Notes under the pieces: model-generated
The model's database searches: none
The model's input: the letters and a program-made list of their open reading frames with translations, nothing else
What the model was told of the DNA's origin: nothing
From: an uncultured delta proteobacterium
Lineage (GTDB): Bacteria; Myxococcota; Myxococcia; Myxococcales; Myxococcaceae
Direction: 5' to 3'
Assembly (NCBI GenBank): GCA_963796055.1
Contig: CAWCKH010000004.1
Location: 288,001 to 352,000, forward strand
DNA: 64,000 nucleotides
Shown: one piece after another, positions 1 to 9,472 of the stretch
How positions within the stretch are numbered: position 1 is the stretch's first letter
How the letters are laid out: each line of letters starts with the position of its first letter
Translations under genes and position numbers: made by a program

Positions 1-1
1 G

Positions 2-700
2 CTGTTCCGCTTCTTCGAGGGCCTCGGCGTCCCGCTGGTGGAGCTGTATGGCATGAGCGAGACGGCGGGGATGATCTCCTCGAACCTCTTCGCCGAGCGC
101 CGGAGGCCGTCCATCGCCGGACTGGTCAGTCCGGACCACGAGCTCCGCTTCGCCGAGGACCACGAGCTGCTCCTGCGCGGGCCGCTCATGCTCTCGGGTT
201 ACCTCGAGCCCGAGGACGACGCCGGCTCGTGGACCGCCGACGGGTTCTTCAAGACCGGAGACCTGGGCGAGCTCGACGCCGACGGCTGGCTCCACATCAC
301 CGGGCGGAAGAAGCATCTCCTCGTGCTCAGCACCGGAAAGAAGGTCGCCCCCGAGCCGCTGGAGACGGCGCTGGGCTCGACGCCTCCCTTCGAGGGCGCG
401 CTCCTGCTCGGAGACGGGCTGCCCTTCGTCACCGCCGCGGTGTTCGTCCCACGGGGCGAGCTCACCCGGTTGAAGGACGAGGGGAAGGATCCGGCGGAGG
501 CGCTCCTCCCGATCGCGCTCGAGCCGCTGGGCGCCTTCTCCGACTACGAGAAGCCGAAGCGGCTGCTGGTGGTCCCGGGCAGCCCCACGGACTATCCCGA
601 GCTGGTCACCCCGACCCTGAAGCTCCGGCGGAAGACGGTGCTCGAGTTCCTCGGCCCGGAGATTCCCGCGCTCTACGCCGGTCCACGCGTGCCGGGATGA
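2..700 (+). CDS. Long-chain fatty acid-CoA ligase / AMP-dependent synthetase, C-terminal part (5' end outside window)
   Basis: Frame open from position 2 (LFRFFEGLGVPLVELYGMSET). Adenylate-forming motifs YGMSE, GFFKTGDLG, ITGRKK and TPTLKLRR. Confidence 0.85.
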   Translation: MFRFFEGLGVPLVELYGMSETAGMISSNLFAERRRPSIAGLVSPDHELRFAEDHELLLRGPLMLSGYLEPEDDAGSWTADGFFKTGDLGELDADGWLHITGRKKHLLVLSTGKKVAPEPLETALGSTPPFEGALLLGDGLPFVTAAVFVPRGELTRLKDEGKDPAEALLPIALEPLGAFSDYEKPKRLLVVPGSPTDYPELVTPTLKLRRKTVLEFLGPEIPALYAGPRVPG

Positions 701-1172
701 GCACTGCGATCGATCCCGAATTGCACCGGTCCGAGCGAGCGCGGGGAATCGGTGCTATGAGTCGTCGATGGCCCCGCCCGCGTTCCTGGCAGAGCTGGTG
801 AACGCGATCCCGGGATGGCGCGTGCTGGCGCGTCGCTCGTGGTGCGGGACGCAGCGCAGGCGTCTGGGTGGGCGCGAGCGCAAGGTGGTGTGGGTGCAGG
901 ACGGCAAGAAGATGCCCTGGGCTCTCTGGGGCGCCGACCACGGCTTCTTCGAGCTCGATTTCGCCGGTCGGCTTCCCTACCTGCGTGCCGTCGCGGCGGT
1001 GGGGTAACGCCCGCCTCGACCGAATCTCAGTCGATCACGCACGGGCGTTCGCGGTCGTCTCCACCCGCTTCACCCGTGCACACCGAAAGGCCGTCCGGAT
1101 GCGTAATCGATTCAACGTGAAGCTCCCCTGGAGCGAGGACCCCGAGCGCAACGAAATCCCGTCCACCCACGT

Positions 1173-1327
1173 CAAAAGCTCGGCGTCACCGCCATTCCAC
1201 CCTGGTCTTCCTCCAGGGCGGCAAGGAGAAGGCGGCGCGGCTGAGCGGCGACGACATCCAGCGCACCGCGCTCAAGGCGCGCGTGGAAGAGTTGCTGGGG
1301 CTGCCAGTCCCGAAGCCGGCGACCTGA
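1173..1327 (+). pseudogene. Thioredoxin C-terminal remnant (frameshifted)
   Basis: KLGVTAIP, then after a 1-nt frameshift near 1197-1199, TLVFLQGGKEKAARLSGDDIQRTALKARVEELL. This matches the thioredoxin cis-Pro 'IPTLVF..G' segment. No CxxC or start codon. Confidence 0.55.
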
Positions 1328-1349
1328 CCCCTGGCGAAGGAGCATCGGC

Positions 1350-1709
1350 CTATGCGTCGCGGCTCGCCGGTGGCGAATCGACCCCCATGCGCGCCCTCGC
1401 CTCGAGGCACGGGGCGCTCCCTGGCTCCAGCGCGCGGCACAGCAGGGGCCGATCTTCGTAAACGGCACAGAGGAATCGGTTCGGTACGTCGGTACGCAGC
1501 GCGATGCAGCGTCCGTGGGTCATCTTCATGAAGCGCTTCGGCTCCGACTCGCGGCCGACGCTCGCCGGCATCTCTCCGACCGGCGGGGCGACCAGCTCGG
1601 CCGTTCGCGCCGCGCCGAGCCTCGCGGCGTCATCGGCGAAGACCTGCACGTAATCGCGCTTTCCGAAGCAGCAGGCACCACAGGTGGTGCAGTCGTACTT
1701 ATCGCCCAA
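1350..1709 (-). CDS. YkgJ-family CxxCxxCC cysteine-cluster (Zn/Fe-S) protein
   Basis: CTTCGACC at the N-terminus, then GRCIAL, CAVYEDRPLLCR and a final Cys. TTG start. Confidence 0.85.
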   Translation of the reverse strand: MGDKYDCTTCGACCFGKRDYVQVFADDAARLGAARTAELVAPPVGEMPASVGRESEPKRFMKMTHGRCIALRTDVPNRFLCAVYEDRPLLCRALEPGSAPCLEARARMGVDSPPASRDA

Positions 1710-1774
1710 GCCCGAGTACTAACCGAGATGAGGCATGCGGTCTCGCTGAAACGGTCGAGCCCCCAGTTCGAACA

Positions 1775-2734
1775 TCACGGGACCAGCTCTGCCAGCAGGG
1801 CGCGCCACGCCGCCCGCTCCTGGGCTGGCTCGACCAGGGGTCGGGCGGGCTGCAGCGCCGTTACGAGCGCTGTGAGATAGCCCGCCTCGTCCTCGGCGCG
1901 ACACAGGAGCCCGGCGAGGGCCTCCGCGTCACCCACCGGAAAGTAACCGGGGTAGTCCCGACCGAGGATGCCCACGGAGCCGTCGATGCGGGTCGAGAGG
2001 ACCGGCACGTTCGAGGCGAGCGCCTCCGAGACCACATTCGCGCCACCTTCGAGCCGGGACGTCACCAGCAGCAGCCGGCTTCCGGCGAGGATGGAGAGCG
2101 CTTCGGCGCGCGGGCGATCGCCCAGCCACCGGTACCGCGAGTTGTCCGCCATCTCGCTCCGCGCACGGGCGGCCGCATCGGCGTCGACCGCGGCTCCCAG
2201 GTGAACGAGCCGGAGGCGAGAGCGCGCCGGGAGCTTCCGCACCGCCTGCGCGGCGAGGAACGGGTCCTTCACCTCCCGGAGGTGGGCGAGCAGGCAGACC
2301 TGGAACACCTCCGGAGGCACGGGCGCGGGAAGAGAACGTTGGGCGGACTGGAAGATCACCCGTGCCTTGTGTCGAACCCCGGCCGGCAGCGCCTCGACGC
2401 CCAGCGGCTGGAGCACGGTGAGGCGGTCGGCCAGCTCGAGCGAGCGTTGCGCCTCGGCGGACCTCGGCAGATCCTCGTAGAGGTCGGTGCCGGTGAGCGC
2501 CACCACCAGCGCCGCCTGCGGCCGGCTCGCCCGGAACCGCTCGATCGAGGCTGCGCTCTTCCGTGCGTGGAGAGCGACCAGCAGGTCACAGGGCTGACCG
2601 TCCCAGGACTCCGCCAGCCGAACCCGGTGGTGGAGCGCGCGCAGGTGGCCCGCCCAGCGGAGCGCGGTGACTCGATTCCCGTTGCGCGATCCGGGCGCTG
2701 CCGGCGTGACGAGGACGATGTTCAGAGGGCGCAC
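1775..2734 (-). CDS. senB: Selenosugar synthase SenB-like GT4 glycosyltransferase
   Basis: GTG start at 2734 overlaps the senA stop. N-terminal [42 protein letters not shown] and [14 protein letters not shown] are typical of SenB. Directly downstream of senA. Confidence 0.85.
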   Translation of the reverse strand: MRPLNIVLVTPAAPGSRNGNRVTALRWAGHLRALHHRVRLAESWDGQPCDLLVALHARKSAASIERFRASRPQAALVVALTGTDLYEDLPRSAEAQRSLELADRLTVLQPLGVEALPAGVRHKARVIFQSAQRSLPAPVPPEVFQVCLLAHLREVKDPFLAAQAVRKLPARSRLRLVHLGAAVDADAAARARSEMADNSRYRWLGDRPRAEALSILAGSRLLLVTSRLEGGANVVSEALASNVPVLSTRIDGSVGILGRDYPGYFPVGDAEALAGLLCRAEDEAGYLTALVTALQPARPLVEPAQERAAWRALLAELVP

Positions 2735-4038
2735 GTGCGGAAGCCAGCCCACAGGTCGCGGCGGTCCGGCGTGTAGAAGTTGCGGAATCCGGCATGCACC
2801 AGCCGCGCGGTGGTGGCAAAGCTCCCGCCCCGCAGGACCTTGTGGTTGCCGAACCACGGAGCCGAGTACTCGCGGTAGGGGTCCGGCGAGAAACCGGGGT
2901 ACGGGTTGAAGGCGCTCGCGGTCCACTCCCAGACGTTCCCCAGCATCTGGCGGCAACCGAACGCGCTGTCGCCCTCGGGGAGGGCAGCCACGTCGATGCA
3001 CGCGAGCTGCTCGAAGCCGAGGTGCGCACGTTCCGGCGTGGGGGGCGCATCGCCCCACGGGTAGCGACGCTTGGCGGGGGCGAGCCGCCCGTCGGGACCC
3101 GGCTGGCCGGCGGCTGCCGCTTCCCATTCGGCCTCGCTGGGCAGCCTGCGGACCGCCCATCTGCACCAGGCGTTTGCCTCGTGCCAGTTGACGTGCACCA
3201 TCGGCCGGTGGGGCTCGAGTGGCAGCCACCGATCGAAGTCGCGCCGGAGCCAGTCACGACCCTGCCGACGCCAGTGGAGAGGCTGGTCGGCACGCGCCTC
3301 CGTGCGCCAGCGCCAGCCGTCGGGGCTCCACAGATCGGCCCGGGCGTAGCCCCGGTCCTCGACGAACTCGAGGAACGCACTCTGGGTCACGGGCGCGCGG
3401 GCGATGGCGAACGGAGCGAGCGTGACGGGGTGCTCCCACTTCTCGTTGTCGAAGACGAAGGGTTCCTCCTTGCTCGCGCCGAGAGGAAAGTCGCCGCCCG
3501 GGACCGCGACGTCACCGTCGAGCGGCCCCGCCGGGGCCGGCTCACGCTCACGGCGCGCCAGCGGCGGCCGCCTCCAGCCGAGTGTCTGGCGCGAGAAGGC
3601 CATCGCCTCGGCGTGCATGTCCTCGTGGAAGACGCTCAGGCAGGCGAAGTACGGGTCACCGACCGCTGGTTGCGACAGGGTTTCAAGTACGGCGTCGCGC
3701 ACCACGTTCAGGTACTCGACCGTGGCCCCCAGGGTGGGAAGGGGCAGCTGCCAGCGCGTGTCGTGGGGAATCGCCGCCGAGTCGTAGAGGCCGTCTCCGT
3801 CCGGACGCAGCGGAGCACGGCCGGCCGCGTGGCGAAGCACCCAGCTCTCCTGGAACCAGCCGACGTGCCCGAGCTCCCACAGCGGCGGGTTGACGATGGT
3901 GAGCTTCGGCCCGAGGAGCTCCTCCGGCGCGAGCGAGCTCGCGAGCTCGAGCGTGCGCTGCCTCGCGTCCTCGACCCAGCTCTTCACTGCCGGTGGAGGA
4001 ATCCCCAAGTCTCCGCGCCTCCAGGAGGCTTGTACCAC
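2722..4038 (-). CDS. senA: Selenoneine synthase SenA (EgtB-type non-haem iron enzyme, DinB + FGE-like domains)
   Basis: [15 protein letters not shown] and HEDMHAEA supply the 3-His iron site. FGE domain motifs [35 protein letters not shown]. Coupled to senB. Exact start uncertain. Confidence 0.85.
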   Translation of the reverse strand: MVQASWRRGDLGIPPPAVKSWVEDARQRTLELASSLAPEELLGPKLTIVNPPLWELGHVGWFQESWVLRHAAGRAPLRPDGDGLYDSAAIPHDTRWQLPLPTLGATVEYLNVVRDAVLETLSQPAVGDPYFACLSVFHEDMHAEAMAFSRQTLGWRRPPLARREREPAPAGPLDGDVAVPGGDFPLGASKEEPFVFDNEKWEHPVTLAPFAIARAPVTQSAFLEFVEDRGYARADLWSPDGWRWRTEARADQPLHWRRQGRDWLRRDFDRWLPLEPHRPMVHVNWHEANAWCRWAVRRLPSEAEWEAAAAGQPGPDGRLAPAKRRYPWGDAPPTPERAHLGFEQLACIDVAALPEGDSAFGCRQMLGNVWEWTASAFNPYPGFSPDPYREYSAPWFGNHKVLRGGSFATTARLVHAGFRNFYTPDRRDLWAGFRTCAL

Positions 4039-4136
4039 GGGCGGACTGCAGTTCAGTCGTCGTCGGCGCCGGGGTTGTCAATCCGGGCGGCATTCGGCTA
4101 CTCGTCGCCATCGTCTGATCGCTGCGTGGAGGCGCC

Positions 4137-5531
4137 ATGACGTCTACCGAATCGGAAACGCGGACCTTTCTCGCCAACTTCACCGGTCGGGCGATGACGC
4201 CGGGTCAGCCCGACTACGATCAGTCGCGCGCGCTCTGGAACGGCGTGTTCGATCGCAAGCCGGCAGTCATCGCAGCGTGCACCACGGCCGCGGAGGTCGC
4301 CGATGCCATCGCCTTCGCACGTCGCAGCGGCCTCGAGATCGCCGTACGCGGCGGTGGGCACAATTACGCCGGGCACGCCGTCTGCGACGGCGGCATGATG
4401 ATTCACCTGGGCGGCATGAATCGCGTCGAGGTCGACCCCGGCCAGCGGCGCGCCGTGTGCGGCGGCGGCGCGACCTGGGCCGACGTCGACGCAGCGACGC
4501 AGGAGCACGGGCTGGCGACACCCGGTGGCTTCATCAGCCACACCGGCATCGCCGGGCTCACGCTGGGAGGTGGCATCGGCTGGCTCACCAAGCTGGCCGG
4601 GCTCTCGTGCGACAACCTGATCTCGGCCGAGGTGGTCACCGCCGACTCGGACATCGTGCGCGCGTCCAGGGAGGAGAACTCCGATCTCTTCTGGGCGCTG
4701 CGAGGCGGGGGCGGGAACTACGGCGTCGTCACCTCCTTCGAATTCGCCCTTCACCCGGTGGGTCCGCTGGTGAACCTGGGCCTCTTCTTCTTCGGCCTCG
4801 AGCGCGGCGCCGACGCCCTGCGCTTCGCGCGCGACTACGTCGGCACGCTTCCGTCGTACGCGAGCTCCTTTCTGGGAGTGGCCCTGAGCGCGCCGCCCGC
4901 ACCGTTCGTCCCACCCGAGCACCAGGGTCGGCCTGGCCACGCGCTCCTCGTGGCAAGCTTCCGCTCTCCCGAGGAACACGCGCGCATCGTTGCGCCGATC
5001 CGGGAGGCGGCGCCGCCGCTCTTCGAGCTGGTGACGCCGATCCCGTTCGTCGCCCTGCAGCAGATGTTCAACGAGAGCGCCATCTGGGGGACGCTCGCCT
5101 ACGAGAAGGCGCTCTACCTCGACGAGCTCTCCGACGGTGCCATCGAGGTCATCGGCGAGCACGCACCGAAGAAGAGCTCGCCGCTCTCGTTTTGCCCGAC
5201 GTTCTCGCTCGACGGTGCCTACTTGAACGTGCCCGACGGCGATTCCGCCTTTGGGGGCACCAGGGCCAGAGGCTTCGTCTTCAACATCGCGGCCCACGGG
5301 CCCACCCGCGAGGTCTACCAGGCCGACCGTGAGTGGGTGCGGAACTTCTGGAGCGCCATGCAACCCCACGCACGGGGGTCGGGATCCTACGTGAACTTCA
5401 TGGCCGAGAGCGACGACGAGCGGGTGAAGGCAGCGTACGGCGCGGAGAAGTACGCGCGGCTGGCGCGCATCAAGGCGACCTGGGACCCGGAGAACATCTT
5501 CCACCGGAACGTGAACATCAAGCCGGCGTAG
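4137..5531 (+). CDS. FAD-binding oxidoreductase (berberine-bridge / 6-hydroxy-D-nicotine oxidase-like)
   Basis: VRGGGH covalent-FAD motif, TGIAGLTLGGG, DLFWALRGGGGNYGVVT, C-terminal YVNF...WDPENIF. SD GGAGG upstream. Confidence 0.9.
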   Translation: MTSTESETRTFLANFTGRAMTPGQPDYDQSRALWNGVFDRKPAVIAACTTAAEVADAIAFARRSGLEIAVRGGGHNYAGHAVCDGGMMIHLGGMNRVEVDPGQRRAVCGGGATWADVDAATQEHGLATPGGFISHTGIAGLTLGGGIGWLTKLAGLSCDNLISAEVVTADSDIVRASREENSDLFWALRGGGGNYGVVTSFEFALHPVGPLVNLGLFFFGLERGADALRFARDYVGTLPSYASSFLGVALSAPPAPFVPPEHQGRPGHALLVASFRSPEEHARIVAPIREAAPPLFELVTPIPFVALQQMFNESAIWGTLAYEKALYLDELSDGAIEVIGEHAPKKSSPLSFCPTFSLDGAYLNVPDGDSAFGGTRARGFVFNIAAHGPTREVYQADREWVRNFWSAMQPHARGSGSYVNFMAESDDERVKAAYGAEKYARLARIKATWDPENIFHRNVNIKPA

Positions 5532-5559
5532 CGACAGAGCTCGTCGAGGGAGGCAACCG

Positions 5560-5790
5560 ATGAGGAAGGTCGTCTACTCGATGATCGTGTCGCTCGATGG
5601 TTACGTGGCGACGGCCGACGGCAAGATCGGCCCGCTCGAGCCGGACGAGGAATCGCGGTTTGCCGTGACGATTGCAGCTGGCGCTCTCTCGATCGAGGCC
5701 CCACTCGACACGCCCTACGGCGATCGCCGCGCGATGGTCCGCGACCCGTTCCACAACATCTGGCAGATCGCGCACGTCACGCGCCGCTGA
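5560..5790 (+). pseudogene. Chimeric remnant: RibD-C/dihydrofolate reductase-family N-terminus joined to a VOC/glyoxalase C-terminus
   Basis: MRKVVYSMIVSLDGYV...PDEE (DHFR-like start), then AGALSIEAPLDTPYGDRRAMVRDPFHNIWQIA (VOC end), all within 76 aa. Confidence 0.65.
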
Positions 5791-5808
5791 TCGAAGATCC
5801 GACGTGCG

Positions 5809-6597
5809 TCATCCGAGCCCGACTGCCCGCGCGACCAGGAACACTCCTGCCCCGACGGCGACGACCCCGATCGCTCGGGCGACCCGCTCACCGGCCGGTG
5901 CGAAACGTTCGACGGTGATCGCTGCCGCCGCGACGGCCATCGCGCGCAGGTCCATGACCCCGAGGACCAGGAGGATCGCCGTCAGACCGAGACAGCACAG
6001 GCTGCAGTGGAGGCCGAGACGCAGGCCGTGGCGCCAGGCCGTTCCGGCGTCGGCCGGCAGCGTACGGCCAGGCCCGGGCGCCTCCCGGCAGCAGGCCAGG
6101 TGACGCGCCTTCCACGCCGTGAACTGGAGGGCACCGGCGAGCAGGACGACCACGCCGGTCGCGATCGGCACCCCGTGCGCCAGCGCCGGCTGGTCCATCT
6201 CGATCGCCGCCAGCACGACGCCCAGTGGGAAGGCGGCCATTCCGAACACCGTCCAGACGAAGAAGTAACTCACGCCCACGAGTGCCGTCAGCCAGCCGAG
6301 GCGCGTCTTTCCGGTCCCGCCAACCGCCTCGCGGTAGCGCCACAGCATCGGGACCAGGGACGGCAGCATCATCGCCACCATCATCACCACCCACATGCCG
6401 AGGAACGACGCCGCCGCGCCAGGCCAGGTCTGCCCGGACATCCGCATCCACGCCATCGACATCGTCCAGCCGCCGGGCATCGGCATCCCGCCCATCGCCG
6501 ACATCGACGCGCACCAGGCGATCGTCACCACCGCGCTGGCGGCGAAGAGCAGCGCCGAGACGCCAAGAAACGCCTGCTGGGAAGCCCGAGCGCTCAC
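5809..6597 (-). CDS. DUF2182 predicted metal-binding integral membrane protein
   Basis: GTGA overlap with the DUF899 stop. Met-rich MSAMGGMPMPGGWTMSMAWM, MWVVMMVAMMLPS, QFTAWKARHLACCR, HCSLCC. Several TM segments. Confidence 0.85.
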   Translation of the reverse strand: MSARASQQAFLGVSALLFAASAVVTIAWCASMSAMGGMPMPGGWTMSMAWMRMSGQTWPGAAASFLGMWVVMMVAMMLPSLVPMLWRYREAVGGTGKTRLGWLTALVGVSYFFVWTVFGMAAFPLGVVLAAIEMDQPALAHGVPIATGVVVLLAGALQFTAWKARHLACCREAPGPGRTLPADAGTAWRHGLRLGLHCSLCCLGLTAILLVLGVMDLRAMAVAAAAITVERFAPAGERVARAIGVVAVGAGVFLVARAVGLG

Positions 6598-7355
6598 CGC
6601 TTTTCGTACTCGTCGTGGCGGCGCCACCAGATGCCCTGCTCGTTGCGGCCCCTGGGTGCGCGATCGAGCCACTGGTACATGCCCCAGAGGCCATCCAGTC
6701 CACGCGCGTAGGCGGAATACGTGTGGTAGACGACGCCGTCCTCGAGGGCAAAGGCACTCATGCCGGGCCGTTCGCGGACGTACGTCGCCACATCGGTTCC
6801 GGTCATGGCCGCGATCTCGGCAACGGGCCCCTCGCTGTCGCCCAGCTCCCACTTCCCCTCGCGCCGGTAGTTGTACTCGACGCCCCCCTCGCGCTGTTGC
6901 TCCTCCGTGACCCGGACAGCGAAGTCGGCGTTGAAGTCGCTGCCGAACGAGGACGCCCAGGGGAACGTCCACCTCATCCGCCGCTTGTACGCCTGCAACT
7001 TTGCCAGCGGGGCCCGCGACACCGCCGACAGGGTGACGTCGTGGTTGGCCAGGTGCACCGCGGACCCGTCGAACCCATCGGCAATCGCCGAGCAGGACGG
7101 GCACCCCGCCGTGTAGTCGGGCCCGAACATGAAATGGTAGATGAGGAGCTGCGAGCGCCCTCGGAAGAGGTCCTTCAGCGAGGCGCTCCCCTCGTCGGTC
7201 TCGAATCGATACTCCTTGTCGATCCGCACCCACGGTAGCTCCTGCCGCCGCCGCGCCAGCTCGTCGCTGCGCCGGGTGTGCTCCTTCTCGGCCTCGAGCA
7301 GCGCGAGCCGCGCTGCGAGCCACTCCTTCCGTGTTCCGGTCTTGTGCTTGCTCAT
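6594..7355 (-). CDS. DUF899 thioredoxin-like protein
   Basis: ATG at 7355 with SD. EWLAARLALL..EKEHTR, QLLIYHFMFGP, GCPSCS (CxxC), HTYSAYARG, W..LDRAPRGR, WWRRHDEY. Confidence 0.9.
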   Translation of the reverse strand: MSKHKTGTRKEWLAARLALLEAEKEHTRRSDELARRRQELPWVRIDKEYRFETDEGSASLKDLFRGRSQLLIYHFMFGPDYTAGCPSCSAIADGFDGSAVHLANHDVTLSAVSRAPLAKLQAYKRRMRWTFPWASSFGSDFNADFAVRVTEEQQREGGVEYNYRREGKWELGDSEGPVAEIAAMTGTDVATYVRERPGMSAFALEDGVVYHTYSAYARGLDGLWGMYQWLDRAPRGRNEQGIWWRRHDEYEKR

Positions 7356-7395
7356 CGGTCTTCTCCTTCCTTCCTTGCCAACGTGATTAGCCAGA

Positions 7396-8154
7396 TCATG
7401 TCGCGGAGCCGGATGGCATCGCAGCGGCCATCGCGGCGATTTGCCGCTCCGAGGTCTTCGGCGCCGACATGAACTGTCGGCCAAAATCCACCGAGAACGG
7501 GTCCGGGAAGATGTCCTCCTGCCCGGCCTCGATGCCGTCGAGGATCGCGGACGCCACGTCACGCGGCGAGGCCTTCTGGAACGGAAGCCCACGGCTCATG
7601 TCGGTGTCGACAGGGCCCGCGTAGACGCCGAAGACCGAGGTGCCCTGCCGCGCGAGGAGGTTACGCGCGGCCTGGGTCAGCGAATGGAGCGCGGCCTTCG
7701 AGGCGCTGTAGGTCGGGACAAAGGGGAGACCGGTCAGGCCGGCTGCCGAGCCGACGTTGACCACCGCACCCCCTCCGTTCCTGGCCAGCGTCGGCGCCAG
7801 GCGGTGGAGCAGCTGCAGAGGCCCGAAGTAGTTCACCTCCATCTCGCGTCGCGCCTGGTCGAGGACCGCTGAATCCGCGATTCCTGTATTGAGCACCACG
7901 CCGGCGTTGTTGAAGAGAAGGTCGACGTCCGGCGCCGTCTTCACCGCCGCGCGGATCTGGTCCGCGTCGGTCACGTCCAGCCGAAGTGCCACGAGCCGCT
8001 TGTCACGGAGGTCGCGCAGCGCCTCTGGATTGCGCGCCGTGGCGTAGACCTTCTTCACACCCCGGGCCAGGAGCGCTTCCACCAGTGCTCGCCCGATGCC
8101 CCGGTTGGCACCAGTCACCAGGGCGACAGCTCCTTCGATTCTCTGTGCTTTCAT
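7396..8154 (-). CDS. Short-chain dehydrogenase/reductase
   Basis: VTGANRGIG, NNAG, YSASK. Alternative start at 8169. Confidence 0.9.
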   Translation of the reverse strand: MKAQRIEGAVALVTGANRGIGRALVEALLARGVKKVYATARNPEALRDLRDKRLVALRLDVTDADQIRAAVKTAPDVDLLFNNAGVVLNTGIADSAVLDQARREMEVNYFGPLQLLHRLAPTLARNGGGAVVNVGSAAGLTGLPFVPTYSASKAALHSLTQAARNLLARQGTSVFGVYAGPVDTDMSRGLPFQKASPRDVASAILDGIEAGQEDIFPDPFSVDFGRQFMSAPKTSERQIAAMAAAMPSGSAT

Positions 8155-8189
8155 CGTCTTTCCTCTCATGCTCGGTTGACCACGAGACC

Positions 8190-8227
8190 GATCTAGCGAC
8201 GGGGCACGGGACGACGGGAGTTACAAG
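8190..8227 (-). promoter_or_regulatory. Candidate operator CTTGTAACTCCC plus -10 hexamer TAGATC for the SDR-DUF899-DUF2182 operon
   Basis: Motif at 8216-8227 (minus strand), 20 nt before TAGATC (8190-8195). Near-identical arrangement at 9430-9466. Confidence 0.55.
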
Positions 8228-8242
8228 TGTGACGGGATTCCG

Positions 8243-9463
8243 ATGGACTCGCTGATCACTGCCGCCGCGCGTGCTCTCGGGGCAGGCGATCCGCTCGGGG
8301 CACTGAAGCGAGTTGCCCTGCGCGACGACCCTCCGGCGCTCGCGCTTCGAGGCATCGCCATGGCGCAGCTCGGCGATCTCGTTCGAGCGAGGGCGCTTCT
8401 GCGACGTGCGGCACGTGCCTTCGGACCAAGAGAGCCCGTGGCCCGGGCGAGGTGCGTCGTTGCCGAGGCCGAGGTCGCGCTGGTCTCACGGGACCTGGGC
8501 TGGCCGGCGAAGGCGCTCGACGCGGCACGGGCGACGCTCGAGGAGCACGGTGACCAGGCGAACGCCGCGCACGCGCGGACACTCGAGGTCCGCCGGCTCC
8601 TCCTGATCGGACGTATCGACCAGGCCGAACGGATGCTGGCCGAGCTCGACCCCGCGCCCTTCCCTCCCGCATCGAGAGCCATCCACGAGCTGGTGGCCGC
8701 GGGGCTCGCGATGCGGCGCCTCCAGGCAAAGGCGGCGCGCGCTGCGCTCGCTCGGGCCGAGAGTGCAGCCCGCCAGGCAGGGATCCCTGCGCTGACGGCC
8801 GAGGTCGAGAGCGCATTCCGCGCCCTGAACGCCCCCGCCGCACGCCTGATCGCGAGTGGCGAGGAGCGACTCCTCTTGCTCGATGACGTCGAGGCGTTGC
8901 TGGCGTCGAAGGCGCTCGTCGTGGACGGGTGCCGTCATGTCGTGCGTGAGGACGGTACCGTGGTCTCGCTCGCGAGGCGTCCGGTGTTGTTCGCGCTCGC
9001 ACGCGCGCTGGGCGAAGCGTGGCCAGCAGACGTGGCGAGGGACATGCTCGTCGCGCGCGCGTTCGGATCGAAGCTGGTCAATGAATCGCATCGTGCGCGG
9101 TTGCGCGTCGAGGTCGGGCGGCTTCGCACGGTGCTCCGGACACTGGGCGAGGTGAGCGCGACCAAGCGAGGGTTCGGGCTGACGCCGCGCCGCGCGCGCG
9201 AGGTCGTGGTGCTGGCGCTGCCCGTCGAGGAGGAGCACGCGGCGGTGCTCGCCTTCCTCGCCGACGGTGAATCGTGGTCGAGCTCTGCCCTCGGGATTGC
9301 GCTTGGAACGAGCCAGCGCACCGTGCAGCGGGCCCTCGACTCGCTTGCCGCAGCGGGCAAGGTGCAGTCGCTCGGTCGCGGGCGAGCGCGTCGCTGGACG
9401 ACCCCGCCTACCCCCGGATTAGCGACGACCTTGTTACTCCCTCCTCCTCTGCCGATTGGCTAG
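8243..9463 (+). CDS. HTH-domain regulator with TPR-like helical N-terminus
   Basis: Ala/Arg-rich helical repeats, a winged-helix-like middle (RLRVEVGRLR) and C-terminal HTH WSSSALGIALGTSQRTVQRALDSL. Divergent from the SDR-DUF899-DUF2182 operon. Confidence 0.75.
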   Translation: MDSLITAAARALGAGDPLGALKRVALRDDPPALALRGIAMAQLGDLVRARALLRRAARAFGPREPVARARCVVAEAEVALVSRDLGWPAKALDAARATLEEHGDQANAAHARTLEVRRLLLIGRIDQAERMLAELDPAPFPPASRAIHELVAAGLAMRRLQAKAARAALARAESAARQAGIPALTAEVESAFRALNAPAARLIASGEERLLLLDDVEALLASKALVVDGCRHVVREDGTVVSLARRPVLFALARALGEAWPADVARDMLVARAFGSKLVNESHRARLRVEVGRLRTVLRTLGEVSATKRGFGLTPRRAREVVVLALPVEEEHAAVLAFLADGESWSSSALGIALGTSQRTVQRALDSLAAAGKVQSLGRGRARRWTTPPTPGLATTLLLPPPLPIG

Positions 9464-9466
9464 GTT
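9430..9466 (+). promoter_or_regulatory. Second copy of operator (CTTGTTACTCCC) plus -10 TAGGTT, 6 nt before the ATG at 9473
   Basis: 11/12 identity to the 8216-8227 motif. 19 nt spacing to TAGGTT. No SD before the ATG. Confidence 0.55.
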
Positions 9467-9472
9467 GGACGC

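Noticed and set aside
768..1007. 79-aa ORF after the acyl-CoA ligase
   Set aside because: No recognisable motif or SD. It could be a remnant, but support is insufficient.
1350..4038. Possible selenocysteine (UGA read-through) genes near senAB
   Set aside because: The TGA codons sit at normal C-termini and the downstream frames do not extend any domain. I recognised no SECIS, though no folding could be run.
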